NCBI GenBank assembly: GCA_964016885.1
Contig: OZ024757.1
Span: 39,122,001-39,186,000, forward strand
Length of the DNA stretch: 64,000 nt
Direction of reading: 5' to 3'
Origin: Eledone cirrhosa
Lineage: Eukaryota
Shown here: positions 20,282 through 33,359 of the stretch, one piece after another
Layout: each line of letters begins with the position of its first letter
Position numbering within the stretch: position 1 is the first letter of the stretch
Translations under genes and position numbers: made by a program
Notes under the pieces: generated by a model
What the model saw: only the letters and a program-made list of their open reading frames with translations
The model's database searches: none
What the model was told of the DNA's origin: nothing

Positions 20282-21413
20282 TCTCTCTCTTATCTCTCTC
20301 ATCTCTCTCTCTCATCTCTCTCTTTCTCTCCTCCCTCTCTCTCTCTCTCTCTGTATGTATATATATATATATATATACATACTGTGTGTGTAATAAAACC
20401 ATTTCAGTAACAGAATCTAATTCCAAAGTAGATGCAACAGCCGTTGCCAACAGCAGTAGCAGTGAAACTTTTGTTATTCCCATTCTTCTCTATCACTGTT
20501 TCTATCTTCTCTATCACTGTTTCTATCTTCTCTATCACTGTTTCTTACTTTTCAAAATACTGAAACATTTCAGCTGTATTTTATATCGTCCTTCCATTCC
20601 GATTCCTTCTTTTTTCTTCAACGTAATTTTCTTCTTTGCTTTTGTATATTTAAATGTTTATATTATATTCTTTATTTTTTTTTTATTTCATTTTATATTC
20701 GTTTATAGTTTTATTTGAGTCATTCTTTCAGTTATACAGTGTCAGCAAAACACTTTGGAAAAAGAGAAAGCGAAAGTGAATTAAACATTGTGCAATGAAC
20801 AATGCTGTTATGTTGCAAATGTCCGTTCTTTGAGCGGACCAATGACAGATAGCATTTTGATTTCTCGCAGATCTATTTCCGTCTGTCTTTTCCGCTCATT
20901 TTTGTGTCCACGTCAGAAATTTAATGGTAAATTTGTCTAGAAACTTGGATGTAATGGAAGATATTTTCTTTGGGTAAATGAGCAAATCGAGAAGAAAAAA
21001 AACACCCCAAAAAAACAACAAAAAATATAATAATAATGATAATAATGATAATAATGATAATAACAATAATAATAATAATAACAATAATAATAACAATAAA
21101 GTGAAATAAGTGATAAATGGTGGTAATAAGAACGAAAGAAAGGCGAAAGGAATAAGGAGAGTTAAAATCGTGAAGACGACAACAAACGGAAAGATTTAAC
21201 AAAAAAAGGGGGAAGAAAACCATCAGTTGTATAAAATACAATAAAAGCTGAAATGATTGAAATATAAAAAAATAATTTAAAAGAGAGAAAATGCTGAAGG
21301 AGAGAAATAAATAAATAAATAGGAGGAGGGATATAAACGGAAAGAAAAAAAATAAATAAGGAAAACAGGGAAACAACAACAACAGCAGCGTCATTAATAA
21401 GAAGGACATTACA

Positions 21414-21459
<46 letters not shown>

Positions 21460-21649
21460 GAAAAAGCATGTGGAGATAGAAATCTAGTAAAAGAGAAAAT
21501 AAATACAGAATGTGCAACAGGATCAGATGGAGGTAATTGAAAAAAGATATATGCTGGTGCGGAGGATGGGGAGGAGGGGGAGGGGGTAGAATGTAATTAG
21601 AAAGTTACATGTCCATCGCAGGTGGTTAGAATGTCTCAGGAAAGAATAA

Positions 21650-21890
21650 TTGGACAGATTTTTACGGTTGAAACCAACTGGTAAGATATCCAGAATTAGA
21701 CTCCGAGCAAGATGGTTGGATAACATCCATGAGCTTGGCTGGTCTGGTCTTGCTTGGGGGATCCAGCCGGATTGGTTGGAGACAGTTGCTTCTGACAGAA
21801 CAGGCTTGAAGGAGTGTTTGACGACTCTTCCCTCCCCCCACGACCCTCCCAGGATTAAGTGCGCGAAAGAAAGAAGAGGAGGAAGAACAA
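21650..21890 (+). pseudogene. Decayed 3' end of an RTE-clade LINE ORF
   Basis: LKPTGKISRIRLRARWLDNIHELGWSGLAWGIQPDWLETVASDR resembles the RTE C-terminal pattern GKR.RGRP..RW.D.I....W..LGI.P..L..VA.DR. Followed by a GAA-rich tail. Confidence 0.65.
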
Positions 21891-21937
21891 CAATGTCCAC
21901 CGCTGTAAAGACCTTTCAGAGTCTACCAGTAAAGATA

Positions 21938-22065
21938 CAGTGGAACCTCGGTTCACGATCGCCTCTTGTCACGAATAAATCAATTCACAAACATTTCCGG
22001 ACAAAACGTTGTCTCGGTTCACGAATGGAGACTCGGGTAACGATCGCGCAAGCCGGAAACTACGG
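21938..22065 (+). mobile_element. Tigger/pogo-like DNA transposon end
   Basis: TA|CAGTGGAACCTCGGTTCACGA with an internal repeat of ctcggttcacga. Confidence 0.5.
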
Positions 22066-22137
22066 TTGGCAAAACGCTTGGAGTTTTTGTAAGAAAATAA
22101 TGTCACTTGTTGTGTAGATGGTTACTATAGTGATCTG

Positions 22138-22290
22138 CCGTATTTCCCGGCGCCGAAGACGCTTCATCCGCGAGAACGTACCATAATTTTGACAACCAAA
22201 AATTTGAAAAAAAATAATAAACAACCTTCGGTCTCCAGGACGTATGGTAGATTTTTGAGAGTTATTTTGGGGAAAAAAGTAGCGACTTTC
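22138..22290 (+). mobile_element. Tc1/mariner (pogo-like) MITE, right TIR eroded
   Basis: Left TIR ccgtatttcccggcgccgaagacgc. The matching right end gcgtcttcgacgccgggaaatacggTA of the same family lies at 34200-34267. Confidence 0.6.
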
Positions 22291-23324
22291 TCTCTCTTCC
22301 TCGTGGGAGGGGAAATTCGATTAAATCGACCCCAGCGCATTATTGGAACTTTACTTTATCGACCTCGTGAGGCTGAAACTTAAAGCTAACCTTGACAGGA
22401 TTTAAACTCAGATTGTAAAGGGGTGTAACATTCTGTCGAAAAGCATATTGTTCGTCGCTCTTCCGATTATATTGCCAATCCCCCTCTCTCACAATATTAA
22501 TACGAAATATATGATAAATGTAAGAAAACAAAGAAAAGGAAGAAGATTGTGTTGGATGAAATGCACAAGAAGAAGAAGAAAGAGAGATTGAAGAATAAGC
22601 AATAGAAATAGATCTTATGTAATCACCTACTTTATCATTTATTTTTAATCTGTTTGCGACTTGCCAAATGTATAGTAGATCTGCTTTACTACGACACATG
22701 TCAAAGGCACTAATACTTCCATTGAGCAAAAGTAATATGATGGTCGTTGGCAGTAGAAAATCCTTCTACCGTATCTTGCATAATAATCTTCTATAAAAGT
22801 TACTGGAGTACATCTTGCCTCAACTTCATGTCAGAACGATATATTACAGATGGCATTAATGCATCCTACTCTCACCCACATACCATCAAATATAATGTCT
22901 TCCGATGTTGATTATTAGTCCCTCGCCTAGAAATGATATCTATCTATCTATCTATCTGTCTGTCTGTCTATCTGTCTGTCTATATATCTATCTATCTGTC
23001 TATCTATCTATTTAATCTATATGTCTACCTATATATCTATCTATCTCTGTCTGTCTGTATATATATCTACTTAATCTGTCTACCTATATATCTACCTATC
23101 TGTCTGTCTGTCTGTCTATCTATCTGTCTGTTTAATCTATATGTCTACCTATATATCTATCTATCTGTCTCTCTGTCTGTGTATCTATCTACTCTCTCTA
23201 TCTATCTAATCTTTATGTCTATCTATCTATCAATATGTATGTCTGTCAAGCTGGTCTTGTGCCGAAAGTAGAAACAAATATATATATGTCTATCTATATA
23301 TCTATATATATATGTAAACTATGT

Positions 23325-23403
<79 letters not shown>

Positions 23404-23562
23404 CCAACCAACGCCTATCTAATCTATCTATCTATCTATCTATGTAAACTCTGTTTATATATCTATCATTCTATCTATCTATCATAAAATGCCTCAGAAA
23501 AGCCGAATGTCACTACGGCGCCGCTCCAACTCCATCAGAGGTTATGGAGCCATACACTACTT

Positions 23563-23638
<76 letters not shown>

Positions 23639-23688
23639 GTCTCTGATTTTCTCAGACAAGACTTCTATAATCTTGTTAGTATTATATA

Positions 23689-23741
<53 letters not shown>

Positions 23742-24088
23742 TTCTTCTGGAAAATACATTTTACCACAACTATACCCCAGGCAATATGTTATAACGAATT
23801 AGTATCTTATAATGAAATATCACAAATTTGACTATATTACTCACTTGGTCATAATCTTACCTCTCTCTTCGTTTATTCTGAATTTTGTGTGTTTCTCTAA
23901 CTTTAAAATTAAATTGTCATCGCTAATGGTTTCAATAATTACTTCTACAATAGCAGATACAATTTCTATTATAAAATAACAAGAATCTATATGTGTGTTT
24001 CTATATGCCCGTATATATCTGTGTGTGTGTGTATGTGTACATATATATATATATTCACACACATATGTCTGTGTGTGAATCTGTATGC

Positions 24089-24133
<45 letters not shown>

Positions 24134-24555
24134 GTTGTGTGTGAGTCTGTATATCCTTGTGTGTGTGTGTGTAAACTATGACGAGACAAAATCAATTTGG
24201 TTTAGTCATTCTATGCAAATGACATAATACAGGCCCTCGGAATTAAATTATTTCTAATTCACTTACTACCTTCAGTTTGATTTGATATTTAATTTAATAT
24301 ATTTTTCCCATAAGTCTTATATTTTATATTTTTATATTACTTCATATAGTTCAATATTAGTAAAACGACATCTTGTATGAACAGTGGCTGGTGAATCAAA
24401 TTTGTATCGCTGGTGCTAAAAAAAAAAAAAGCTAAAGAAAGTGCTAGTTAATTATTTGTGTCCTTGTGGTTTTTGAAACCCAGATAATGACGTTGTCCTT
24501 CTTAATTTGACAGGCCATTAAATAAGGCCAACAAAATCTGATAAATAAAATCTCA

Positions 24556-24714
24556 ATAATTGTTTCTACTTTTGGCACCAGGCCAGCAATTATCCCAGTG
24601 CATTACTGGTACTTTATTTTATCGACCCCGTAAGGATGAAAGGCAAATTTAACCTCGGCGGGATTTGAACTCAGATCATAAAGGCGCCCGACCCTCTACC
24701 GATACTGCGACAAT
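24556..24714 (-). mobile_element. SINE (main family)
   Basis: Reverse-complement homology with an internal deletion. Confidence 0.85.
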
Positions 24715-24715
24715 C

Positions 24716-24990
24716 CCTCAAATGTATCCCAGTTATACAAGTACGTATGACCGCGTTCAAATTACTTGATATATATATATATATATAATATATATAATCA
24801 AGTAATTTGAACGCGGTCATACGTACTTGTATAACTGGGATACATTTGAGGCATTGTCAATATATTATTGAGATTGTATATATATATATATATATATCCA
24901 AGTTAAAACAATGAAATAAAAATGCAAGTCATTAGGAATATACTTTACTGCTTTACGATCGTTTCTAGGTGATAATAATACATCGTACGT
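24716..24990. mobile_element. Perfect 55-bp inverted repeat around (TA)n, with adjacent half-hammerhead
   Basis: Arms 24716-24770 and 24797-24851 are exact reverse complements. Minus strand 24948-24986 has GAAA-cgatcg-TA (palindromic ACGATCGT), truncated around stem II. Confidence 0.6.
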
Positions 24991-25084
24991 ATATTTATAT
25001 ATATATATATATATTCGATATATATATATTCGTTATACACACTGGAAAACGGCGACACTGGGCCATATCTGATTGTGTAGCTCG

Positions 25085-25128
<44 letters not shown>

Positions 25129-25913
25129 TTATGTGTGTCTCTGTGTGCATGGTGGACCTCCGTCATTTCTGACAACGAAAGCTCCAGTGACTGAGAATTC
25201 CACACCCTTAATATAATGTTCAGGTAGATTGAGACAGCATCGTGTCACAATGTGACTAGCGTTACCTCTTGACTGTGCAGGTACAACGTACTTTTACCAC
25301 CTGAATCAACTGTTTCTCTCTGCCTAAACTAAGTTACGGGATAATTTTACTATCTTGAGAATATATTAGTCGTAGTAGTATTCTATTGTATTAGGATAGG
25401 GAAAGACCAACTTCGAACACGTTTCATATAATCTAATGATGTGCAGTAGGTGTTTATTGTTCACAGTATTACAATTTCTGTCTGTGTGCAGCTATAATCA
25501 TTTATGTAAATAACCATTTCCCCGGGGCCTATACATATAATAAGAACATTAATGGAAATAATATTGTCTAAAGTGAAAAACTCTTGTTGGTATAAAGTCA
25601 TCGTCCTATTTGGTTTTGTCAAAAATATTTCTATAGCTGACATCTAGAAAGGTGAGGTCAACACAAACAGTTTGCAGAGTTGTTGGATGTAAAGAGCAAT
25701 TCTTGCGTGGGGGATCACACACACACACACACACATATATATTTCATATATATATATGTATGTATGTATGTATATATATATATATGTATATATATATAAT
25801 CTGAAGACTAAAATTCAAAAAGTGCTCGATGGGGATAAATATATATCAAATATATAAGAACCCTAGAGCAAATATTTATCTTAATAAATATATTTTAATA
25901 AATATATATATAT

Positions 25914-26166
25914 TTAGTTATGTAATAAACAAAATAAGATAATTATTTCATTTACCAGTGGTTTCCTGAAAGCAACCAAAATTGCTTTCATTCATCAGAA
26001 TGAAAAAATCCTGGTGTCTGATGAATGAAAGCAATTTTGGTTGCTTTCAAGAAACTACTGGTAAATGAAATAATTATCTTATGTTGTTTATTACATAACT
26101 AATAAGCTCTGTAGCCTACATAGAGCATTTTTTTTTCCTGGACCTTTCCGACGGAATTACTTCATT

Positions 26167-26170
<4 letters not shown>
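25914..26170. mobile_element. Fold-back hammerhead mini-element in (TA)n
   Basis: Near-perfect ~86-bp inverted arms 25914-25999 and 26017-26102, each containing the hammerhead core. The + copy begins at tCTGATGA. Confidence 0.75.
25946..26005 (-). ncRNA. Complete type-I hammerhead ribozyme
   Basis: Minus strand tttcatt-CTGATGA-a-tgaaagcaa(ttttgg)ttgctttca-g-GAAA-ccactgg-TA-aatgaaa: 7-bp stem I, 9-bp stem II, short stem III, GUA triplet, all core nucleotides canonical. Confidence 0.85.
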
Positions 26171-26216
<46 letters not shown>

Positions 26217-27033
26217 ATATCGACTAGAAATTGATTGACATATAAATATATCTAAAATAAACATATGAAACAATCACAGGGGATAATTTCTAGTTGATAT
26301 AAAATGCTCGGATCTATTCATTGGAATATTGGAACATATTTTACGGGTGATATGGCGCATGTCTATCTGACATGACACCCTTAATTTAACTTAATTTTGG
26401 ATATATATATATATATATATTTATTTTGAATATATACGAGGGCGGCCGACCAGGGTAGAAGATGTTGAATGTTCGGTCGCTCTCATGTCTCTGATTTTTC
26501 AGCCCCATGGATTTTGTCTATTGTCTTCTTCCTTTGTTATATTTGTGTTATGATGTCACCGGATTCATACTGAACCCGGTCATTGAAATGATCATAGTAT
26601 AACAAACCTTTCAAGGAAGTAAACCAATCCAGCCTCCTGTTATTTTATAATATATTATAGATATATATATATATATATATATTTATTTGTCATATATATA
26701 TATATATGACAAAAAAGAAAATAAATAAATAAGTAAATAAACAGACTAAATAAAGATGGCGCAGGCATACAGTACAACGGGAGGAAACATAATAGCACCA
26801 CTGACGATGCTGCAATTGTGCAACGAAAGAACTTTGTTAGACTATATATATGTGTTTATGTCTATATTATATCTGTATTTTTGGCCGTTGGTCAGTGAAT
26901 GGTAACATTGAGGACCGAATAAATTAAATTAACCGATATACAAGACACAGAAGCGAAAACCAACCAAACAGTGAGTGTGTTCTGTTATTAATTCTGGCAA
27001 TATTATTACCCAAATATGACCCTCCCCAAGTAT

Positions 27034-27088
<55 letters not shown>

Positions 27089-27128
27089 ATAGATAGATAT
27101 ATATTTATTTTATATATAGATAGATAGA

Positions 27129-27168
<40 letters not shown>

Positions 27169-27925
27169 GTGTGTGTGTGTGGAAAATAAAATCTATGTAG
27201 AAATAAAATAAATTCTCAGACGAACCTAAAATATCATGCCATTAGATTTTCTAGGGAAATATGAGAAATGTAATGTAAACAAAATTAGGAATGACATTCT
27301 ATATGAAAAGTTCAAACAAGAAGTTAGTTTTTCTTCATATAATTTTTGCAAGTATTTAAATACATTTTAGGGAATATTTCTATATTGTTTTAATGTTTGT
27401 CGGTGTTTCTTTCTTTCCTTCCTGATAGTTTTTCGTTGTTTTTTATTTATTTTTTTACTCTTTAAAAAAAAAAGTTTATAAACATTTTTTTTTTCTCTAC
27501 GTTATTCAGACAGACAGTGGAAAATAGTGTTTGTGTGGTTCAACATTTTGTGTCCCTTTTTTTATCGTTTTGTAGTGAAATATCAAAGATCCTTGACCTT
27601 TCTAAGATTATTATAAAGTTCAAAATAGACGAGCATACTACAAGAGGTTGGCTTAAAATAGACACAAAAACAGGCACGAAAAATATATTTAAAAAAGAAT
27701 ATGTATAAATATATATAAGTGTTAAACTAATATATTTCTTCATTTTACTGTGGCGTTTAGTTTATTTCTGTTTGCCTTTGCACGCACGCACACACATATA
27801 TACACATATATACGCACACATATATATATAGATACTCATATATACACACATATATATATACTCGTATATACACACACATATATATATACGCATATATACA
27901 TATATATATATACGCATATATATAT

Positions 27926-28530
27926 ATTTATTAAAATAACAGATTAAAGTTTAAGCAAAGAATCGCTGCTTTCACCCTTAACGGGATCTTCTGAAACTAA
28001 CAAAGTCAATCTGTGAACGCAGAAGTGAATATTTCAAAAAACGTTGCAACCGGAGGAAGACAGGAAGACGATACTTTGGTTCGTGGAAACACATGACGTA
28101 TTATCTTCGTTTTTTCCGTTCATTGCCAGAGAACGCCTCTATGAACCATCTAAGAGAATATTAGTCTACGACTTCTTTGATACCATAAACGTGGTTTTGT
28201 CTTTGCGTGTAATTGTTTTTCACCGCTCTAAATAATGACGTATTATATTCGTTTTTTCCCTTCTTTGCCAGGGCTCGTTTCCACGAACCAAAGTATCGTC
28301 TTTCTGTCTTCCTCCGGTTGCACCGTTTTTGGAAATATTCACTTCTGCATTCACAGATTGACTTTGTTAGTTTCAGAAGATCCCGTTAAGGGCGAAAGCA
28401 GCGATTTTTGCTTAAACTTTAATCTGTTATTCTAATAAATATTTGCTCTACGGTTCTTACATATTTGATATAGATTCATCCTTATCGAGCCCTCTTTGGA
28501 TTTTAGTCTTCAAATTTATTATTATTACTA
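27926..28530. mobile_element. Family B hammerhead element, inverted pair
   Basis: Inverted arms ~27926-28090 and 28277-28440. Motif agttt-CAGAAGA-t-ccc(gttaa)ggg-c-GAAA-gca..tgc-TT-aaact at 28369-28418 (+) and 27948-27998 (-), followed by AATAAA. Other pieces at 928-1025, 2020-2122, 15778-15808, 25797-25880. Confidence 0.75.
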
Positions 28531-28614
28531 TTTATATATATATATATATATATATACACACGCACGCACGCACGCACGCACACACACGCACGCACGCACA
28601 CACACACACACACA

Positions 28615-28653
<39 letters not shown>

Positions 28654-28668
28654 GCGCACACGCACGCA

Positions 28669-28741
<73 letters not shown>

Positions 28742-28935
28742 GCGCACGCACACGCGCACGCGCACGCGCACGCACACGCACACGCACACGCGCGCGCGCG
28801 CGCGCGCGCGCGCGCGCGCGCGTATATAGATAAAACAATTAAGCAAAGCATTTGGTCAACGACATCACGTGATTTTGTATTGAAACTGTTGAAAGTATGT
28901 TTATAAGTATTAATTTTCAGTAGATTTTCGTAGTT

Positions 28936-29008
28936 GTTTCTATGGCCTACCGGTAAGTACTAGAGCCGGTGGAGATCCTGGTCGTGGGTTCGATCCTTGT
29001 CGAGAGTT
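28936..29008 (+). pseudogene. tRNA-like relic or SINE head
   Basis: A-box tggcctaccgg and T-loop ggttcgatcc at tRNA spacing. Acceptor and anticodon stems are poorly paired. Confidence 0.45.
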
Positions 29009-30119
29009 ATATGTAATATTCTTCAGTTTTTATTTTACATCCCATAGAGAAAAAAACTCCCGGCCAGGGTCTAACTTCAGATCATGTCACGATCAATATA
29101 TCTATATCTTCATACTTTCATAAATAATTAACCTTTATATATATTACTACGACAGGTCAACACACTTAGGTACGTTTGTCAGTGTATGTATGAGTCTATC
29201 TATGTGTATGTATATGTGTCTAGATACTGTAATGTGGTGTATGTTGTTGTTTGTAATGTGTGGTGTGGTGTGTGTGTATGTGTATATGTGTGTGTTCCCG
29301 TGTGTTAATGATGCAGACTTCTCTCTAGTATTGTTTGCAGTAAATATGTGTGTATATGTGTGTGTGTAATATGTGTGTAATATGTGTGTGAGTAATATGT
29401 GTATATGTGTGTGTGTATGTGTATGTATGTCTATCATTTACAGTGTGTGTATATGTGTATGTTCCCGTGTCTTAATTATGAAGAGTTCTGTCTAGTATTG
29501 TTTGCAGTAAATATGTGTGTGTGTGTAATATGTGTAATGTGTGTGTAATGTGTAATGTGTGTGTGTATGAGTGTGTAAGTGTGTCCTATCTAGTCATTGT
29601 ATATGTACTACGTGTGTGTATATGTACGTGTATATGTACTCTTTGTGTATATGTGTATAAATACTCTGGTATTCTGTATGTGTATGAATATATGTATGTG
29701 TGTATCTTAATGCTGTAGTGTCCTGTCTATTGTGTGTAGAACGTGTGTGTATATGTCTAAAAGGTGTAGTGTTCTCTATATGTGTATATATGTGTATATG
29801 CCTCAATGCTGCAGTGTTACCTGTGTATATATATGTGTATGTCTGAATACTGTAGTGTTATGTATATATATATATATATATATTGATGTATATGTCTCAA
29901 TTCAGTAGTGTTATATATGTATATATATATATATATATATGTATATGTCTCAATTCAGTAATGTTCTCTCTATTCGTATCTGTACACAACTTCACGTATG
30001 TAAGTTATATAACAGACTTGTTGAAATCTAATTCGTAGATGATGTAATAAAGAAAATGCAGTAATCTGAATAACACGGAAATATAATGGATTTATAATGA
30101 TATGAACACACACACACAC

Positions 30120-30630
30120 TCTCTCTCTCTCTCTCTAACTCACCACCTCTCTCTCTCTAACTCACCACCTCTCTCTAACTCACCACCTCTCTCTCTCTCT
30201 CTCTAACTCACCACCTCTCTCTCTCTCTAACTCACCACCTCTCTCTCTCTCTAACTCACCACCTCTCTCTCTCTCTAACTCACCACCTCTCTCTCTCTCT
30301 AACTCACCACCTCTCTCTCTCTCTAACTCACCACCTCTCTCTCTCTCTCTAACTCACCACCTCTCTCTAACTCACCACCTCTCTCTCTCTCTCTCTAACT
30401 CACCACCTCTCTCTCTCTCTCTAACTCACCACCTCTCTCTCTCTCTCACTCACCACCTCTCTCTCTCTCTCTCACTCACCACCTCTCTCTCTCTCTCACT
30501 CACCACCTCTCTCTCTCTCTCACTCACCACCTCTCTCTCTCTCTCACTCACCACCTCTCTCTCTCTCTCACTCACCACCTCTCTCTCTCTCTCACTCACC
30601 ACCTCTCTCTCTATCACCACCTCTCTCTCT
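30120..30630. repeat. Minisatellite (CT)n-a/cACTCACCAC, ~20-26-bp unit
   Basis: About 20 visible units. Confidence 0.9.
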
Positions 30631-31062
30631 CTCACTCTCTGTTTCTTTCTCTCTAGCTCTCTCTCACTCACCCGCTCTCTCTATCTCTCTAGCTTACTCT
30701 TACTGTTTTTTTTCTCTCTCTCTCTCTCTAGCTTCTCTCCCTTCGTCTTCCTCTCTCTCTATCTATCTAGCTAGCTAGCTAGCTTATCTACTCTCTCTCC
30801 CTCCCTCTATCTATCTCGTCCTCTCTCAGCCTTTCTCTCTCAGCCTTTCTCTCTCACTAGCTCATCCTCTCTTTGTCTCTTTCTCTCACTAGCTCATCCT
30901 CTCTTTGTCTCTCTCTATCGCTCTCTAGCTCACACACACACACACACACACTCTCTCTCTCTCGTCTAAATATAATTATCATGCAATTTTATAACTCTGT
31001 ATCCAATTGCGACGCTTGAAAGCATGCACTGAGATCAGTTATTTGTACGAGACATGTCTTTC

Positions 31063-31450
31063 ACTTACACACAGCCTTACACACACACTTACACACACAC
31101 TTACACACATCCTTACACACATCTTTACACACAGCCTTACACACATCTTTACACACAGCCTTACACACATCCTTGCACACATCCTTGCACACATCCTTGC
31201 ACACATCCTTGCACACATCCTTGCACACATCCTTGCACACATCCTTGCACACATCCTTGCACACATCCTTGCACAGATCCTTGCACACACACTTGCACAC
31301 ACACTTGCACACACACTTGCACACACACTTGCACACACACTTGCACACACACTTGCACACACACTTGCACACACACTTGCACACACACTTGCACACACAC
31401 TTGCACACACACTTGCACACACACTTGCACACACACACTTTTTACACACA
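31063..31450. repeat. 12-bp minisatellite CACACATCCTTG / CACACACACTTG
   Basis: About 30 units arranged in blocks of variants. Confidence 0.9.
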
Positions 31451-31575
31451 TTTATGTATAACTCCATCTTGCTTAAGCTGTCACAAAATGCCTGTCTTAG
31501 TCTCGGTTGTAATTATGATCATTCTCTAACAAATATATTCAATACTGTCTGACATATGTCTTAACTATGTGTATT

Positions 31576-31970
31576 TGCAGTAATCGGTAGAGCGTCACAC
31601 ACCATGATTTGCAACATAGAGTTATGGCCCTTTACGTTCTGATCCTTTTACGTTCAAATCCCACTGCGGTTAACTTTGCTTTCATCCTTACAGGGTCGAT
31701 AAAATAAAGTACCACTAACACCCTGGGGTCGATGTAATCGACTTTCCCCTCCCCCAAAATTGCTGGCTTTGTGCCTATATAAGAAACCATTATTATTCAC
31801 CAGAGGGTTAGACGCCATGCTTTGCAACATAGAGTTACGCCCCTTTACGTTATGAGTTCAAATCCTGCCGCGGTTAACTTTGCCTTCCATCCTTACAGGG
31901 TCGATAAAATAAAGTACCAGTAATGTACTGGGTATTTGCTGGCCTTGTGCTCAATCTAGTAATAATTATA
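31576..31970 (+). mobile_element. Two tandem SINE copies
   Basis: Cores at ~31680-31715 and ~31880-31920. Confidence 0.85.
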
Positions 31971-32648
31971 ACCAACAATATTAACACTATTCCTTACTCC
32001 AATCCTTTAGTTCCTTAGATTGATTTAACCATTGTGTCCAAGACCATGTTTGAACAATATCTTAAACTTGAAATTTTCTGCTAAAACTTTTTAAAGCTGA
32101 AAAAAATAAATTGTTTTCTGATTTTTCATGAATTATTATGCGGCCATTTTTGTTTTTAATTAACGGACTAAATACAAATGTGTTTGAATATTAATATATC
32201 CATAATTGAATTAGACTGACCAATTAAAACATATTAAATATGTTTTAATTCCCTTTTGTTTGGTGATTTATTCAACACAGTTCATTTTGTTTCGTTTTAT
32301 ATATTAACGTAAAAATATACATATGAATACATGAATAAATTATGGAAATAGAAACAAAGCAATTAATACAAATAATAGATAATGTAATAATATATTGTAA
32401 TTTTTTAAATGTAGCACATTTTTCTGATACGTGTATGGCTGTGTGGTAAAGATATTTACTTAGTTGTAAGACCAGTTTAGATGAGGGGCACCTTGAGCAA
32501 ACGTCTTTTTATATACACCCACTGATTCACCACTGCTTTTAAAGCTATATTTCCTACATAGACTTTACACGTCATGTATATATATATAGATATATAAATA
32601 TACATATATATGTATAAATATATATATATGTATAAATATATATATATA

Positions 32649-32928
32649 TGTATAAATATTTGGTATCTCCAAAGAAATACAGTTTTAGGAAGCCGTAGCT
32701 ATGCAAACACCGGGGGGCTAACGCCCTCTGGTGATGTCCAGCAGAAGCGATGGGAGGTACCGTCCTCACAAAGACCAGTTAAGCCTGAAATGCATAGACG
32801 GTTGTCCCCCTTGCTTCTGCTGGACATCACCAGATAGCATTACCCCCCCCCCCCTCCCCCCCCCCGGTGTTTGCATAGCTACGGCTTCCTAAAACTGTAT
32901 TTCTTTGGAGATACCAAATATTTATACA
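32649..32928. mobile_element. Fold-back element with decayed hammerhead in the spacer
   Basis: Inverted arms 32649-32750 and 32811-32928. Spacer accgtc-CTCACAA-agac..gcct-GAAA-tgca-TA-gacggt (32759-32802): 6-bp stem I, palindromic ATGCAT stem III, two core substitutions. Confidence 0.7.
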
Positions 32929-32964
32929 TATTGTATAAAGCTATGCTTGAAGCGAAATCCTATT

Positions 32965-33004
<40 letters not shown>

Positions 33005-33010
<6 letters not shown>

Positions 33011-33328
33011 AACAACGAACAGCGGAGGACGCGTTTAGCACCTTTCCGACAGACAACCTTTCCCCCACCCCGGAAAAAACCCCCAGTTGATGGATGTGAA
33101 TCCGAAATATATAGGGACAATTAAATCTCTCCCAAGGTTACTCTCTCTCGTGTTGTTATTTTTATTTTATCCTTTATGCTCTTTCCTTCATTCCTCTACA
33201 CGTCTTATACACGCCACGCATCTCAACGTACACCCACTTACATCTCTCTCTCCACCACCGGATCTTGTTACCCGGAGATTTACCCATTTGCATTGTCGAG
33301 GCTTCCAAACGACTTAAAGAAATTTACC

Positions 33329-33330
<2 letters not shown>
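33005..33330 (+). mobile_element. (TA)n-flanked element with decayed minimal hammerhead
   Basis: ccc-CAGTTGA-t-ggat(gtga)atcc-GAAA-tata-TA-ggg at 33081-33116. Confidence 0.55.

Positions 33331-33357
<27 letters not shown>

Positions 33358-33359
<2 letters not shown>

Noticed and set aside
28936-29008. Functional tRNA gene
   Set aside because: Boxes are present but cloverleaf stems are broken. Kept only as a relic.
30120-31450. Regularly spaced repeats resembling CRISPR arrays or Cys/His-rich proteins
   Set aside because: No unique spacers, no cas genes, eukaryotic context. These are minisatellites.
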